Shown here: piece by piece, positions 1 through 11,942 of the stretch | Position numbering within the stretch: position 1 is the stretch's first letter | Layout of the letters: the number at the start of each line of letters is the position of its first letter | Source of the DNA: Octopus vulgaris | Taxonomy: Eukaryota | Direction: 5' to 3' | Assembly (NCBI GenBank): GCA_951406725.2 | Contig: OX597842.1 | Location: forward strand, 21,514,001-21,578,000 | DNA length: 64,000 bases | The notes under the pieces: generated by a model | What the model was told of the DNA's origin: nothing | Seen by the model: the letters and a program-made list of their open reading frames with translations, nothing else | The model's database searches: none | Program-made: the position numbers and the translations under genes

Positions 1-394
1 GGAATAGAAAAAAAAGTCTATCTTTATTTCTTCTTTTGCTGGTGTCTCAAATTTAGGTTAAATCAGTGTTTCTCAAAGGGGAGGCCTATGGGACGGCCGG
101 ACAAGTTGTTTTGAGAAAATTTGGTTTAAATGTTTGACAACTCAGCACCGTCCATTGGACCGGGGGTGGGGGCGTTTTGCTTGTGATAACTATGGCAACA
201 TCTGACAATGTGGGCCTCCCTCAGACCCAGGCCTGCTGCTGTCTCTTACTCGGTCACTTTAGAGCATCATTTGTATTTGAATGAAAACAGAGTTGCAAAA
301 TATATGAATCCGCCATATGGCCCAGATTGACTTATGACCTGTCAGTCAGAACGGAGCTCAGTCGTAAGCCAAGGAGAAGGTGTGTGTGTGTGTC

Positions 395-666
395 ATCCGA
401 TCGTGGCCGTTGCCAGCTTCGTCTGGTCTCCGTGCCAGTGGCACGTAAAAAGCACCATACGAACGTGGCCATTTGCCAGCCTCGTCTGGCACATAAAAAG
501 CACCCACTACACTCACGAAGTGGTTGGCGTTAGGAAGGGCATCCAGCTGTAGAAACACTGCCAGATCAGACTGGGCCTGGTGCAGCCTTCTGGCTTCCCA
601 GACCCCAGTCAAACCGTGCAACTCATGCTAGCGTGGAAAGCGGATGTTAAACGATGATGATGATGA
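395..666 (+). mobile_element. RTE-LINE 3'-tail-derived short repeat (SINE-like), with a (GAT)n tail
   Basis: Contains ggcacgtaaaaagcacc modules and ggttggcgttaggaagggcatccagctgtagaaac and ends ttaaacgatgatgatgat. The same sequence is the 3' UTR of the RTE fragment at 28201-29390 and recurs at ~4410-5130, 8417-8550, 8740-8940, 17245-17518, 19346-20036, 25280-25548, 35600-35920 and 50219-50425. Confidence 0.75.
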
Positions 667-668
667 TA

Positions 669-1320
669 TTTGGTTGTCTGGAAAGTTTGTGCCGATTTTT
701 AAAGGAAAGAAAAAGATCAATAAATACTTGCCATTACATTTGTGATCAACCAAATATGAACCATTTTGTTGCACAATGCGTCTCCATCTTTCCTTTAACT
801 TGAAAATACCCCCTTCCCAGAATTGAGGTGGTTTCATGGCAAAGAATTCATCAACGTATCTTTTTACGTCATCCAAGGAATTGAAATTTTTACCATTAAG
901 ACTATTCTGCAGAGACCTGAATATATATATAAAAACAAGATGATTGAAAAGTAACTCCCTGTTTTAAAATACTTACAAATTATTTATTAATAGCAATTTT
1001 TACTAAAACAATGGATATCTGAAGGTGCAATATCTGGTGAATATGGAGGGTGGGGTAACACATCCCAGCCGAGCTGCAGCAATTTTTGTCTGGTTCCCAA
1101 AGCATCAAGTGCCGAAAATGAACTTTCTTATCTTCCATTTTAAAGGGTTACAGAATTTACACAGATTATAGGAACATTAACCTTCTTCCACGAAAGATAG
1201 CTTAAACTGTGCTCTAAATGGAGGTGTAGTCAAATCCTTCTTTTATGGACTCAACCATGTTCTAAAATAAGTCGAAAGGTAAGCTACTATAAATCGGCAC
1301 AAACTTTCCAGACAACCCAA
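669..1320 (-). mobile_element. Internally deleted Tc1/mariner DNA transposon
   Basis: 30-bp TIRs tttggttgtctggaaagtttgtgccgattt and aaatcggcacaaactttccagacaacccaa (1 mismatch), with TA on both sides. The minus strand encodes a mariner transposase C-terminus (SLQNSLNGKNFNSLDDVKRYVDEFFAMKPPQFWEGGIFKLKERWRRIVQQNGSY). A fragment of a second element is nested from ~935. Confidence 0.85.
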
Positions 1321-1340
1321 TATATATATATATGTATGCA

Positions 1341-1720
1341 TTCTTTTACTCATTTCAGTCATTTGACTGTGGCCATGCTGGACCACCGCCTTTTGTCAAA
1401 CAAATCAACACAGGACTTATTCTTTGTAAGACAAGTACTTATTCTATCGGTCTCTTTTGCCAAACTGCTAAGTTACAGGGTGGTAATCACACCAACATCG
1501 GTCGACAAGTGATGGTAGGGGGACAAACATAGACACAAACACTCACACACACGTACATATATATGATGGGCTTCTTTCAGTTTTCATCTATCAGACCCAC
1601 TCACAAGGCTTTGGTTGGCCCAAGCCTATAGCAGAAGACATTTTGCCCAAGGTGCCAGGCAGTGGGACTGAACATGGAACCATGTGGCTGGGAAGCAAGC
1701 TACTTACGACACAGCCACGT
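1341..1720 (-). mobile_element. tRNA-derived SINE, family 1
   Basis: Head gtggctgtgtcgtaagtagcttg...gttcagtcccactgc with A/B-box-like motifs, an internal (CA)/(TA) tract and a gactgaaa tail. Further copies at ~2705-3073, 3910-4198, 17087-17745, 25750-26103, 34160-34587, 36125-36550, 36855-37222, 37735-38118, 47515-47915, 52910-53278 and 56888-57293. Confidence 0.8.
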
Positions 1721-1963
1721 ATGTGAACAGGAAGAACACAACAAGAAGAAAAATTAAACAAGAACACAGCAAACAGAAAACTAGGTAAAAACCAGAAAGG
1801 AGAAACTGGACACACATACACACACACTCTCACAAACACATATATGACAAGAAATCATTTTTGTCTCTTTTTATAGAAACAAAAAGATTTATAGGACTGC
1901 AAAAGAGAATCCTACACATTTTTTTTCTCTCCATTGAATTGATAAAAGGTGGGTTTTTTTCTA

Positions 1964-2000
<37 letters not shown>

Positions 2001-2149
2001 TAAAACGGTAAGATAACAAAAGAAAGAAAGAGACCTCAATATTATGTAAATAGAGGAAATTTACATCGGCATCTGAAACTCAGAGTTTTATCTTGACTAT
2101 CGAATAATGTAACATATAATTGTATATATATATATATATATATATATAA

Positions 2150-2661
2150 ACAAGATGATTGAAAAATAATTCTCTATTTTAAAATACTAATAAATTATAA
2201 ATTAATTGTAATTTTTACCAAAAAGATTGATATGAGAGGAAAGGTTGTAGTATGAGGTTTTATTTCAGATTTGATATGGGCTCCAGATGTTGACACCAGC
2301 TTCTTGAGTTGCCCAGGAATTGTGTCAACTGATTTCGCCAGGAACTCTTGTGGGATTGAAGAAGACATAACTTCTAGTATTCGCCCTTCAAGTTTTTTTC
2401 AAAGTCTTTAGTTTGGCACAGTAGACTTGTTCCTATAACCAACCCCAAAAAAAGAAGTTACGGAGGTGTTAAGTTGGGACACCTAACAGCCCACTTATGC
2501 GGACAATGATGACCCATCCGTCTCCTTGGGAAGTGGGCATTTAGCCATTACAGATTACTCTCTCATACATCAGAAAATGAACACTAAAAACTGAGAAAAG
2601 AATTACAATTAATAAATAATTGTTAAGTATTTTAAAATAGAGTTACTTTCCAATCACCCGT
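2150..2661. mobile_element. Non-autonomous Tc1/mariner-like element
   Basis: Imperfect TIRs (acaagatgattgaaaaataattctctattttaaaatact and agtattttaaaatagagttactttccaatcacccgta) inserted in a (TA)n tract. The same left end occurs at ~935. Confidence 0.6.
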
Positions 2662-3154
2662 ATATGTATATATATGTGTATACATATATGTGTGTGTGTG
2701 TGTATTCTTTTATTTGTTTCAATAATTTGACTGTGGCCATGCTGGAGCACCCCAGGACTTATTCTTTGTAAGACTAGTACTTATTCTATCTGTCTCTTTC
2801 ACTGAGCCACTGAGTTATGGGGATGTAAACACACCAACATCGATTGTCAATTGATGGTTGGGGGTACAAACACAGACACACAAACATATATACACACACA
2901 CGTATATATACATGATGGGCTTATTTCAATTTCTATCCACGAAATCCACTCATAAGGCTTTGGTCGGCCCAAGGCTATAGTAGAAGACACTTGCCCAAGA
3001 TGCCATGCAGTGGGACTGAACCCGGAACCATGTGGTTGGTAAGCAAGCTACTTACCACACAGCCACTCCTGCGATTATTTGTGGTTAAAAGTTGAAACAG
3101 AGTTAGTATTCTTGTTTGCATTCTGTTTAGACGTCCATTTGCTCTACGTCTGTA

Positions 3155-3445
3155 GATACTTACTTGTACTTGTGACAGCATTCACCCAGGGCGGGTTGAG
3201 CCAGCTTCTTCTCTGGTCCTGATGGCATCATGAACCATGGCGGCCCACGCTTGAGGGTCCTGTGCGAGGTCACTGGAGATAGCAAGCCATTCGCGGTTTC
3301 ATCTGCACAGACTGACCACCTGTGGACCTGAAAGTTCGGAGAGGTCCTCCTTTATCGTCGTTGCCCAGGTCTTCAGCCTCCGGCCCATGCGTTTGTGACA
3401 GTCGGGAAGTGGAGGTGGGAGGAGGACATCACAAATCAGCTCACC
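3155..3445 (-). mobile_element. RTE-clade LINE 3' end (SR2-like C-terminus)
   Basis: Minus-strand translation RRLKTWATTIKEDLSELSGPQVVSLCR*NREWLAISSDLAQDPQAWAAMVHDAIRTREEAGSTRPG*, followed by a caagtacaagtaagta tail. Confidence 0.75.
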
Positions 3446-3735
3446 CTAAAGTCCAACCCCTCCTCAAAGCAGTAGGGTGGTGTAAACGGGCAGTGTCAGA
3501 GCTATTCCGTCGGGAACTTCGGTTCCTGGTAGGGCCACCCAAGGTGGATTGATCTGGCACCGAGCGGTATTAGGACCGCAGCCTGGCCAACGGGGACCCG
3601 GTAAAAAATTCCAAGAGGCGTCTGGTCAGCAACCGGCGGCTTCGAGGTCGTTCTGTCCCTGCGTCTGTGGAAACTCCGCAGCAAACAGTGCGTCCCGTCA
3701 CTCAGGATATGCATGCGGGATGTCGGGGACCACTT
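3446..3735 (+). mobile_element. RTE-like 5' UTR, in inverted orientation to the adjacent 3' end
   Basis: GC-rich segment containing gagctattccgtcgggaacttcggttcctggtagggccacccaagg, which resembles the conserved RTE/Rex3 5'-UTR hairpin motif (recalled, not searched). Confidence 0.5.
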
Positions 3736-4629
3736 GTGAATTCAATATTCCCACAAAACTTCTATGAATCCTACTGCTACCATGGCAATAAATATGAATA
3801 CAAATATGCCCGTAGATAAATTAGGTGGTTAATTAATCCAAAATATAGTTTTGTAAAATAGAATTTTCTGTTTAAAGCCCTGGGTGGATTTTCGGAAAAC
3901 CCCAGTATACTATTTACTCATTTACTTGTTTCAGTCATTTGACTGCGGCCATGCTGGAGCACCGCCTTTAGTCGAGCAAATCAACCCCAGGACTTATTCT
4001 TTGTAAGCTTAGTATTTATTCTATCGGTCTCTTTTGCTGAACCGCTAAGTTACAGGGACATAAACACACCAGCATCGGTTGTCAAGCGATGTTGAAGGGA
4101 CAAACACAGACACATAAACATATATACACACACACACATATATATATATATGATGGACTTCTTTCAGTTTCTGTCCACCAAATCCACTCACAAGGCTTAC
4201 AGGTCCAGATATGGCATTGGAATGTTCTTAATTTACTGACACAGTCAGCCTGATTTCAAAATGGTATGATATGTTGGGCTATGGCCTCTATGAGTAAATT
4301 TGAAGATGTGTGACTCACTGATATTTGCATTTATAGTATTAGATATGCATACATACACACACACATGAATATCCATACGTGTGTGTCTCTCTCTATATAT
4401 ATATATATGTATCATCATCATCATCATTATCATCGTTTAACGTCCGCTTTCCATGCTTGGCATGGGTTTGACGGTTTGACTGTGGGCTGGCGAACCAGAT
4501 GGCTGCACCAGGCTCCAATCATGATCTGGCAGAGTTTCTACAGTTGGATGCCCTTCCTAACGCCAACCACTCTGAGAGTGTAGTGGGTGCTTTTTACGTG
4601 CCACCGGCACGGGGACTGGTCAGGTGGTG

Positions 4630-4841
4630 ACCTGGCAGAAACAGCATGCAGGGTGAAATGCTTAGCAGTATTTCGTCTGCCGTTACGTTCTGAGTTCAAA
4701 TTCCGCCGAGGTCAACTTTGCCTTTCATCCTTTCGGGGTCGATAAATTAAGTACCAGTTATGCACTGGGATCGATGTAATCGACTTAATCCGTTTGTCTG
4801 TTCCCTCTGTGTGTAGCCCCTGTGGGTAGTAAAGAAATAGG
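4630..4841 (+). mobile_element. tRNA-derived SINE, family 2
   Basis: ggcagaaac...gttctgagttcaaattccgccgaggtc...aaagaaata. A second copy is at 34974-35194; decayed copies are near 9370, 14910, 23670, 33140 and 57960. Confidence 0.7.
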
Positions 4842-5110
4842 TACTGGCAACGACTTCGCTCAAATCCTTTTACACATGCCACCAGCACAGGTGCCAGTAA
4901 GGCGACTTTGGTAACGATCACGCTCGAATGGTGCCCTTTTACATGCCACTGGCACAGATCACGCTCGGATGGTGCTCTTGGCACCCTACTAGCACGGAAA
5001 CAAGTGACAGTAGGGCAACACTGGTAACGATCACGTTCGAATGGTGCCCTTTAAGTGCCACTGGCACGGAAGCCGCTCTGTCAATGATCACGCTCGTATG
5101 GTGCTCTTTG

Positions 5111-5770
5111 CATCATCATCATCGTTTTACGTCCGCTTTCCATGCTAGCATGGGTTGGATGATTCGACTGGGGTCTGGGAAGCCCGAAGGCTGCACCAGG
5201 CCAGTCAGATCTGGCGGTGTTTCTACAGCTGGATGCCCTTCCTAACGCCAACCACTCCGTGAGTGTAGTGGGTGCTTTTTATGTGCCACCGACACAGGTG
5301 CCAGACAAGGCTGGCGAACGGCCACGCTTGGATGGTGTTTATTACATGCCACCGGCACGGAGGCCAGGCGAGGCTGGCAATGGCCACGATCGGATGGTGT
5401 TTGTTACATGCCACCAGCACGGAGGCCAGTCGATGCGGAGCTGGCTACGGCCACGTTCGGATGGTTCTCTTATGTGCCACCGGCACTGGTACCACAAACT
5501 ACAAATTCCATTGATTTTGATCGATTTCGATTTGATTCTTTGATTTTCACTTGCCTTAACAGGTCTTCACATGTAGAGTTATATGTCCCAAGAAAGAAGG
5601 TATGAACAGGTGGACTGACTACATCCCAGGTAGGGGCCACGGGTTGTGGCCTCACTTGTCCTGCCGGGTCTTCTCACGCACAGCATACTTCCAATGATCT
5701 CGGTCTCTGGTCATTTCCTCGGTGAGACCTAAAGAGCGAAGGTCGTGTTTCACCACCTCGTCCCAGGTTT
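5111..5770 (-). mobile_element. 5'-truncated RTE LINE (end of ORF plus long 3' UTR)
   Basis: Minus strand encodes KTWDEVVKHDLRSLGLTEEMTRDRDHWKYAVREKTRQDK*, followed by the modular 3' UTR and (GAT)n tail. Confidence 0.8.
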
Positions 5771-6354
5771 TCATATGTACATATATAAAGCACACAGCAC
5801 AAACTGTAAATTGCTTAGCATTTGTAGAATACATCCAAAGAAACGGAACCGAATCAGACCAGAACCTGGTGCAGCATTATGGATTGGCACCTCATGTTAC
5901 AGCTTATGCTAGCATATCAATGGAAACATCTATGAAGGATGATGATGATAACGAAGACAACCAAGAAAACACAACATAAACAAAACCAATTTCAGTTCAA
6001 TCTTTTATTCATGTCACACTGCGCCACATATGGCAGCATATTAAAAAAAATTCACAAAAAGAAGAAGAAAAAGACGATGACAAATTTCAATTTACCCTTT
6101 TATTCATTATTCCCATTTCTGGATCTTTTTGGTTTGAACGGCAGTTTTTTCTAGCGGTGTCATATAAAATTGTCACCCATAATTATGACCCTAGTATCGA
6201 TCTATTGCATTTCAATCTGTTTTAGGGTTAGGGGTGGGGGAAGGGTATCTTTTTTTCTTCACAAATGTAAATAAACCCAATCTGTTTCTTAAACGAGGGA
6301 CATATTCATACGGCACAGAATGAATTAAACGAGGGACATATTCATACGGCACAT

Positions 6355-6612
6355 TCATCGTTGTTCGACCGTGGTCGAGACAATGTAATTTACCATGCTA
6401 CGCCAGACTTCACAGTCCATCATGGCATTACGGAGGTCCTGTTGCTGGATGCCTGTATCCCTGGAGATTACATCAGGGTAGGAGAGTGTGCGCCCTCTGG
6501 TATTGCAAGTAGATGGCTTCCAGAGGAGAAGAGGAGAAATTACCTCTTTTTCAACTCTACAACAATGTCCAGCAAACTGGACTCTCCTACCTTTCACAAG
6601 AGATGACACAGG
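6355..6612 (-). mobile_element. RTE-clade LINE 3' fragment (second family)
   Basis: SSLVKGRRVQFAGHCCRVEKEVISPLLLWK...NAMMDCEVWRSMV, the same family as 26567-27138 and 38593-39166. Confidence 0.8.
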
Positions 6613-7337
6613 TCAATTTTCTCAAGAAAGCTAAGAGAAAAAATGTTTTATTTCGATACATTCTACCAGTATACGAAGTTTAAAAGTGTTTAGTTAACTA
6701 GAAATTGTATGCCGTTCAAAAGGAAAAGATCCTACTCCTTTTCCAGCACATAAATTAACTGCATCGTTGACCCCTTAAAGTGGATGCGTAGAGATAGAGT
6801 AAACAAACAGAGTGGATAGAGAATAATAGTGAAAGAGAATGAAACCATTCTCATAGAGAAAACACTGGAAAACTCTTCATTTTGGATGATGTATGAGAAA
6901 GTCATTGAAAATATGGAAACTGAAAAGAGAAATGTTTACTGTCTCTGCCTACCCACAAACCCCAACATAATTAGGCATAACTACAGATGTATAGCCACCA
7001 CTCCCCCTCAACTTCAGTAATTATAATCTATGCCGTTCGAAAGGTAATTGCATGAAATTTCATTAAAATATGCACATTTTCCTGAAAGTTACAAGGAAGA
7101 AAATGTTGGGTTGTGTGTATTTTCCCAAACTCCTTTCCCCAACCCCTTGGAAAAACTTTTCCAACAAATCTTTCCATACTTTCAATCAACAGGATCTAAG
7201 TAATTATTTGTTGAAACTTTTGTCAAAAACCATCCATTTTTCCAGAATTTATGAGCCAACAAAGTCAGTGGTGTATACACCAATATATATATTTACGAAG
7301 TCTAGACAAATATTTTCAGCTAGCAGGCCTCTGCTAC

Positions 7338-7383
7338 TCTAGACTGATGATGGGCAAGACCCAGAAACATGCATGTCTCTAGA
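7338..7383 (+). ncRNA. Type I hammerhead ribozyme motif (copy 1)
   Basis: Stem I tctaga/tctaga; core CUGAUGA at 7344-7350; stem II tggg-caaga-ccca; GAAA at 7364-7367; palindromic stem III acatgcatgt; GUC cleavage triplet ending at 7377. Confidence 0.85.
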
Positions 7384-7782
7384 TGCAGGCCTAGCTGTTG
7401 GGGATGTTTGTCTCCCCTTCGTAAATATATAAGGACACAGGAAATGTATCAAGGCAGACAGGAAGCATCGATGCTTCCTAGGGCTAAACAGTGGTGGTGT
7501 AATTCCCTTACAGGACTGTCACATTAGGTTGACAGTATACGACTCTATCGCTCCACCACCGTACATATCTCTATGAGATATTTAGAAATTTAATATTTCT
7601 GATTATGGGATAATTATTTGATAGTTATTAAATGAAGTCTCTTTTAATAGATGCCTACATTTTTTATATTTTCTGTGAAGTTTTCATGGATCCAGCTATT
7701 AGAAATTGTTATCATGCAAAGAAATTCATCACAAAAATCATGTAAAAAAACGAAAATCACCAAAAACAAGAGCAGTAATGAT

Positions 7783-8189
7783 GGACCTATTCGGTTTGAA
7801 CGGCAGTTTTTTAAAATAATTTCCACGTAACTAAACACTTTTAAACTTCGTACACTTGTAGAATGTGTTTATAAAACATCGTTTTCTCTTGGCTTTCTTG
7901 AGAAAATTCTGTAGTTTGTAAGATATTTGTTGGTTTTTTCTTCAATTTCAACCAATCAATGACGTCTATTAAGGTAAAAACATTCTGTGCCGTATGAATA
8001 TGTCCCTCGTTTAAGAAACAGATTGAGTTTATTTACATTTCTGAAGAAAAAAAGATACCCTTCTCCTCACCCCTAACCCTAATCCTAAAACAGATTGAAA
8101 TGCAATAGATCAATACTAAGGTCATAATTATGGGTGACAATTTCATATGACACTGCTATAAAAAACTGCCGGTCAAACCGAAAAGATCC
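7783..8189. mobile_element. MITE (miniature inverted-repeat element) family with GGATCTTTTC(C/G) TIRs and internal telomere-like (CCCTAA/TTAGGG) repeats; Merlin-like by TIR and TSD pattern
   Basis: TIR ggatcttttcggtttgaacggcag, here flanked by gtaatgat/gtaatgtt. Other copies at ~6121-6350, 8953-9353, 15569-16320, 18704-19113, 22980-23655, 24480-24878, 32450-33122 and 33928-34749. Superfamily assignment is inference. Confidence 0.75.
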
Positions 8190-11100
8190 GTAATGTTAAC
8201 TTGGGAATCCAAAATTTCAGGCTTACAGGTACAGATTCTCCCTGGAAAGTTCTTAATTTAACCACAGATTGAGCCTGATTCCAAAATGGTATGATATGTT
8301 GGGCTACGGCCTCTAAGAGTAAAGTTGAAAAAGTGGGACACATTCGCATTTATAGTATTAGATATGCACACATACATACACACACACATGAATTGACGTG
8401 TGTGTGTGTATATATATCATCATCATCATTTAACGTCCGTTTTCCATGCTAGCATGGGTTGGATAATTTGACCGGGATCTGGGAAGCCAGAAGGCTGCAC
8501 CAGGCTCCAGTCTGATCTGGCAGAGTTTCTACAGCTGGATGCCCTTCCACATATATATATATATTTTTTTTACCTACAAAACTTAAATGACTGACCACTA
8601 ACTTTTAGTGGTCAGTCCTTTAAATTTTGAATGTACAAAATATTTTAATCTTTGGATTTTTCTAATATGCTAGGCCACTGGTTTTAATTGATTAATATCA
8701 ATTTCTACCCTTATTCAATTTTATAAATATATATGCTGTGTGGCAGGTAAAAAGCACCATTTGATCATTACCAGCATTGCCTTACTGGCACATGAAAAAG
8801 TATTTGAGCGAGGTCATTGCCAGTGCTGCTGGACTGGTTCCTGTGCTGGTGGCAGGTAAAAAACACCATTTCAGCATGGCCGTTGCCAGTACAGCCTGAC
8901 AAGTCCTCATGCCAGTGACATGTATAAGTACCCACTACATTATTCCCATTTCTGGATCTTTTTGGTTTGAACGGCAGTTTTTTCTAGCGGTGTCATATGA
9001 AATTGTCACCCATAATTATGACCCTAGTATCGATCTATTGCATTTCAATCTATTTTAGGGTTAGGGGTGGGGGGAAGGGTATCTTTTTTTCTTCAGAAAT
9101 GTAAATAAACCCAATCTGTTTATAAACGAGGGACATATTCATACGGCACAGAATGTTTTCACCTTAGTAGACGTCATTGATTGGTTGAAATTGAAGAAAA
9201 AAACAACAAATATCTTACAAACTATAGAATTTTCTCAAGAGAGCCAAGAGAAAAAGATGTTTTATAAACACACTCTACCAGTATACAGAGTTTAAAAGTG
9301 TTTAGTTACATGGAAAATGATTTTAAAAACTGCCGTTCAAACCGAAAAGATCCCAGAGTCGATATCGACAGTAAGTCTTGGGTTCAAATACAGCCGAGGT
9401 TGACTTTGCCGTTCATCCCTTTCAGGAAATTCTGGGGTCCGTGTAATCGACTCCCACTCGCCCGGGGCCAAAATTTGAAACCACCATTACTATTATTAAT
9501 ATAACCTTAAAGCAAATCTTCATTAACTTACCGTTTTATCAATGCCTAATTAACAACGGGACAGAATTAATTAATGTGGAATTCTTCAATCGGTTTCTTC
9601 TCATTTTACTAAATAATTATGCCACATTACATTCATTTTTACCAACTAATTTACTTTATATCACATGTATCAGTCGGTCATAGTATTTTATAAACAACAG
9701 ATCAACATTTCAGTTTGGAAATTATTAATTAAGACGAACAAATATATTTTCCTAATTGTTGTCAGGTTCCTGCTTGGAAAAATAATTACTGTAACATCGA
9801 GAGGTTCACAGAATTCTATTATTTACCTTATTATTAGTAGTATTATCAACACTATTACAGCCTTAAAGTAAATCTTTGTCAAATTACCGTATTCACAAAT
9901 AAACAGTGACTCAGTGATTGGTAATTAACCTCCCTAATTAACTTCCCTAATTAGCTATTTTGGCCCCGTGGTTGATGTCTTGTAGAAGTTGTGTCCCTTG
10001 ATATGATTGTATTTCCTCAATTCTCCAACAGATAGCGCTACTGACTTCTTGGATTCGTTCTGGTGTTTTTTTAGCTTTGTCCCTTTCTGTCAATAACTCC
10101 AAGTTTTTTTAGGGATTTTCATAGAGAAAAAGCACCTTTTTGATGTAAATAATTTTTGGTGTTAACATGGTCCGATTTGAATTTTTTCTTCTACGGAAGG
10201 GAGAGTAAGCCTTCTTCTATCATACTCTCAAGTTTGGTCAACTTGTGCGACAGGGTCTCAGAGGAGATGGTGTTAGTTGAAGGCTACCAAACCTGCCATA
10301 CACAGACAACTTCAGCTTTATATATATATATATAATTCTCTTCATTTTTTTGTTTTTGCATCTCTCTTCCCTTGCCTACACACTCTAAGGCCACGAAGTT
10401 GGTCTGCTTGGTGGGAGGCGATTTAGTCTACTCTACTGCAGATCACACAACTTCACCACCGCAAACATAAATATCTTCATTGTTTAATTCCTGAGCAAGT
10501 GTCAAGTTATCTATTTAATAGTTTCTCCCATTTTCCGTCGCCAATGGTCAAATAACTTTTCACCCATCACACGAATTTTAGTACCAGAGGAACTGCTTTT
10601 ACTGCCCTGTCACGATGTGTTAAACAGTTTTCTTTGTCTTCTCTTCATTTGTACATATATATATATATGTATATTTGACTGAGGTCTGGTGAACCAGACT
10701 CCAATCTGATCTGGCAGAGTTTCTACAGCTGGTTGGCATTAGGAAGGGCATCCAGCTGTAGAAACCCTGCCAGATCAGATTGGAGTCTGGTTTGCCAGAC
10801 CTCAGTCAAATCGTCCAACCCATGCTAGCATGGAAAGCGGATGTTAAATGATGTTGATGATTTGGTAGATTAACGGTAATTCAAAATTTTCCATGACTGA
10901 TGTGATAGATAATGATGATAATACTTTTTAGATGGTTTAAATTACGATTATATACAAATTTGTTGTCACAATTTTTTTCGGAGAATTTGAAGTCCAGAAG
11001 GATTTTGGGTAAATTTTGATATTTTCATAAAGACAAACAAAAAAACTCAGATTTTTTGCATTGATTCAAGTACCCTGACCTCGCAATGTGCTGCAAACTC

Positions 11101-11942
11101 CTTATTTTTGCTTGGAAAAAGTGTGGCGGACCCTCTTCCCCTCGGTGTCATTGGAAATATATATATTTATTCATAGGATGATGATGATAATGATATATAT
11201 ATATACACATAGACACATATATATGTGTGTGTGTGTGTGCATAGGCACACATATATTTGAAGCACACAGCATAAACTCTATTAGGAGAATACATCCAAAG
11301 AAACCCAAACAAATCAGACTGGAACCAAGTGCAGCATCATGGTTTGCCAGCTAATGTCACACTGTGCCACCCATGCCAGTAAAGGAAAAAAAATTTCACT
11401 AAAGGATGATGATGATAACAGCAACAATGATGAAAACACATAGACAAAACCAACTTCAGTGTAACCTTTTATTCATTATTCCCATTTCTTTATTCTCTCA
11501 AAGCAAATTGCTCAAAAATCCAGAGCAATCATCTTCAGAAATCAAAGGCATTGTTGATATGCTTCCATATATATTCATGACATTCATGAATTTGATGTTG
11601 ACATTATTGAAATTGAAGTTGATAACATCATATTTGAAGAGATAAAGATAGCCCTGTCTTTCAGCAGAAAAAAATAGCCATAATTGTTGTAATAAAGATT
11701 AATACTGAATGGTTGCACTTTTGTGTGAATACTCACATGTGTACATAAATGGCGTTTTTGAGAGAAAGATTGACCATAGATATCACAGTGATATTGTTTT
11801 TCCCCAGTATGAATATGCTTATAATTAGTCAAGTCACCATTGTATGAGAATGATTTACCACAGATATCACAATGATATGGTTTCTATCCTGCACTGGTGT
11901 TTAGTTAGGACACCACTTTCAGAGAATGATTTACCACAGATG

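Noticed and set aside
64-330. cagtgtttctcaa, an hAT-like terminus near the window start
   Set aside because: No matching second TIR or TSD could be found.
4843-5490. Regularly spaced gtgccaccggcac / ggatggtgct modules resembling a CRISPR array
   Set aside because: The repeats are degenerate, the spacers are related to one another, no cas genes are present, and the modules are part of the RTE 3' UTR in a eukaryotic genome.
11500-11540. Minus-strand ctgaagatg-attgctc...gagcaat hairpin in the ZNF 3' UTR as a hammerhead or SECIS
   Set aside because: It lacks GAAA after the stem and lacks the SECIS GA quartet and apical AA.
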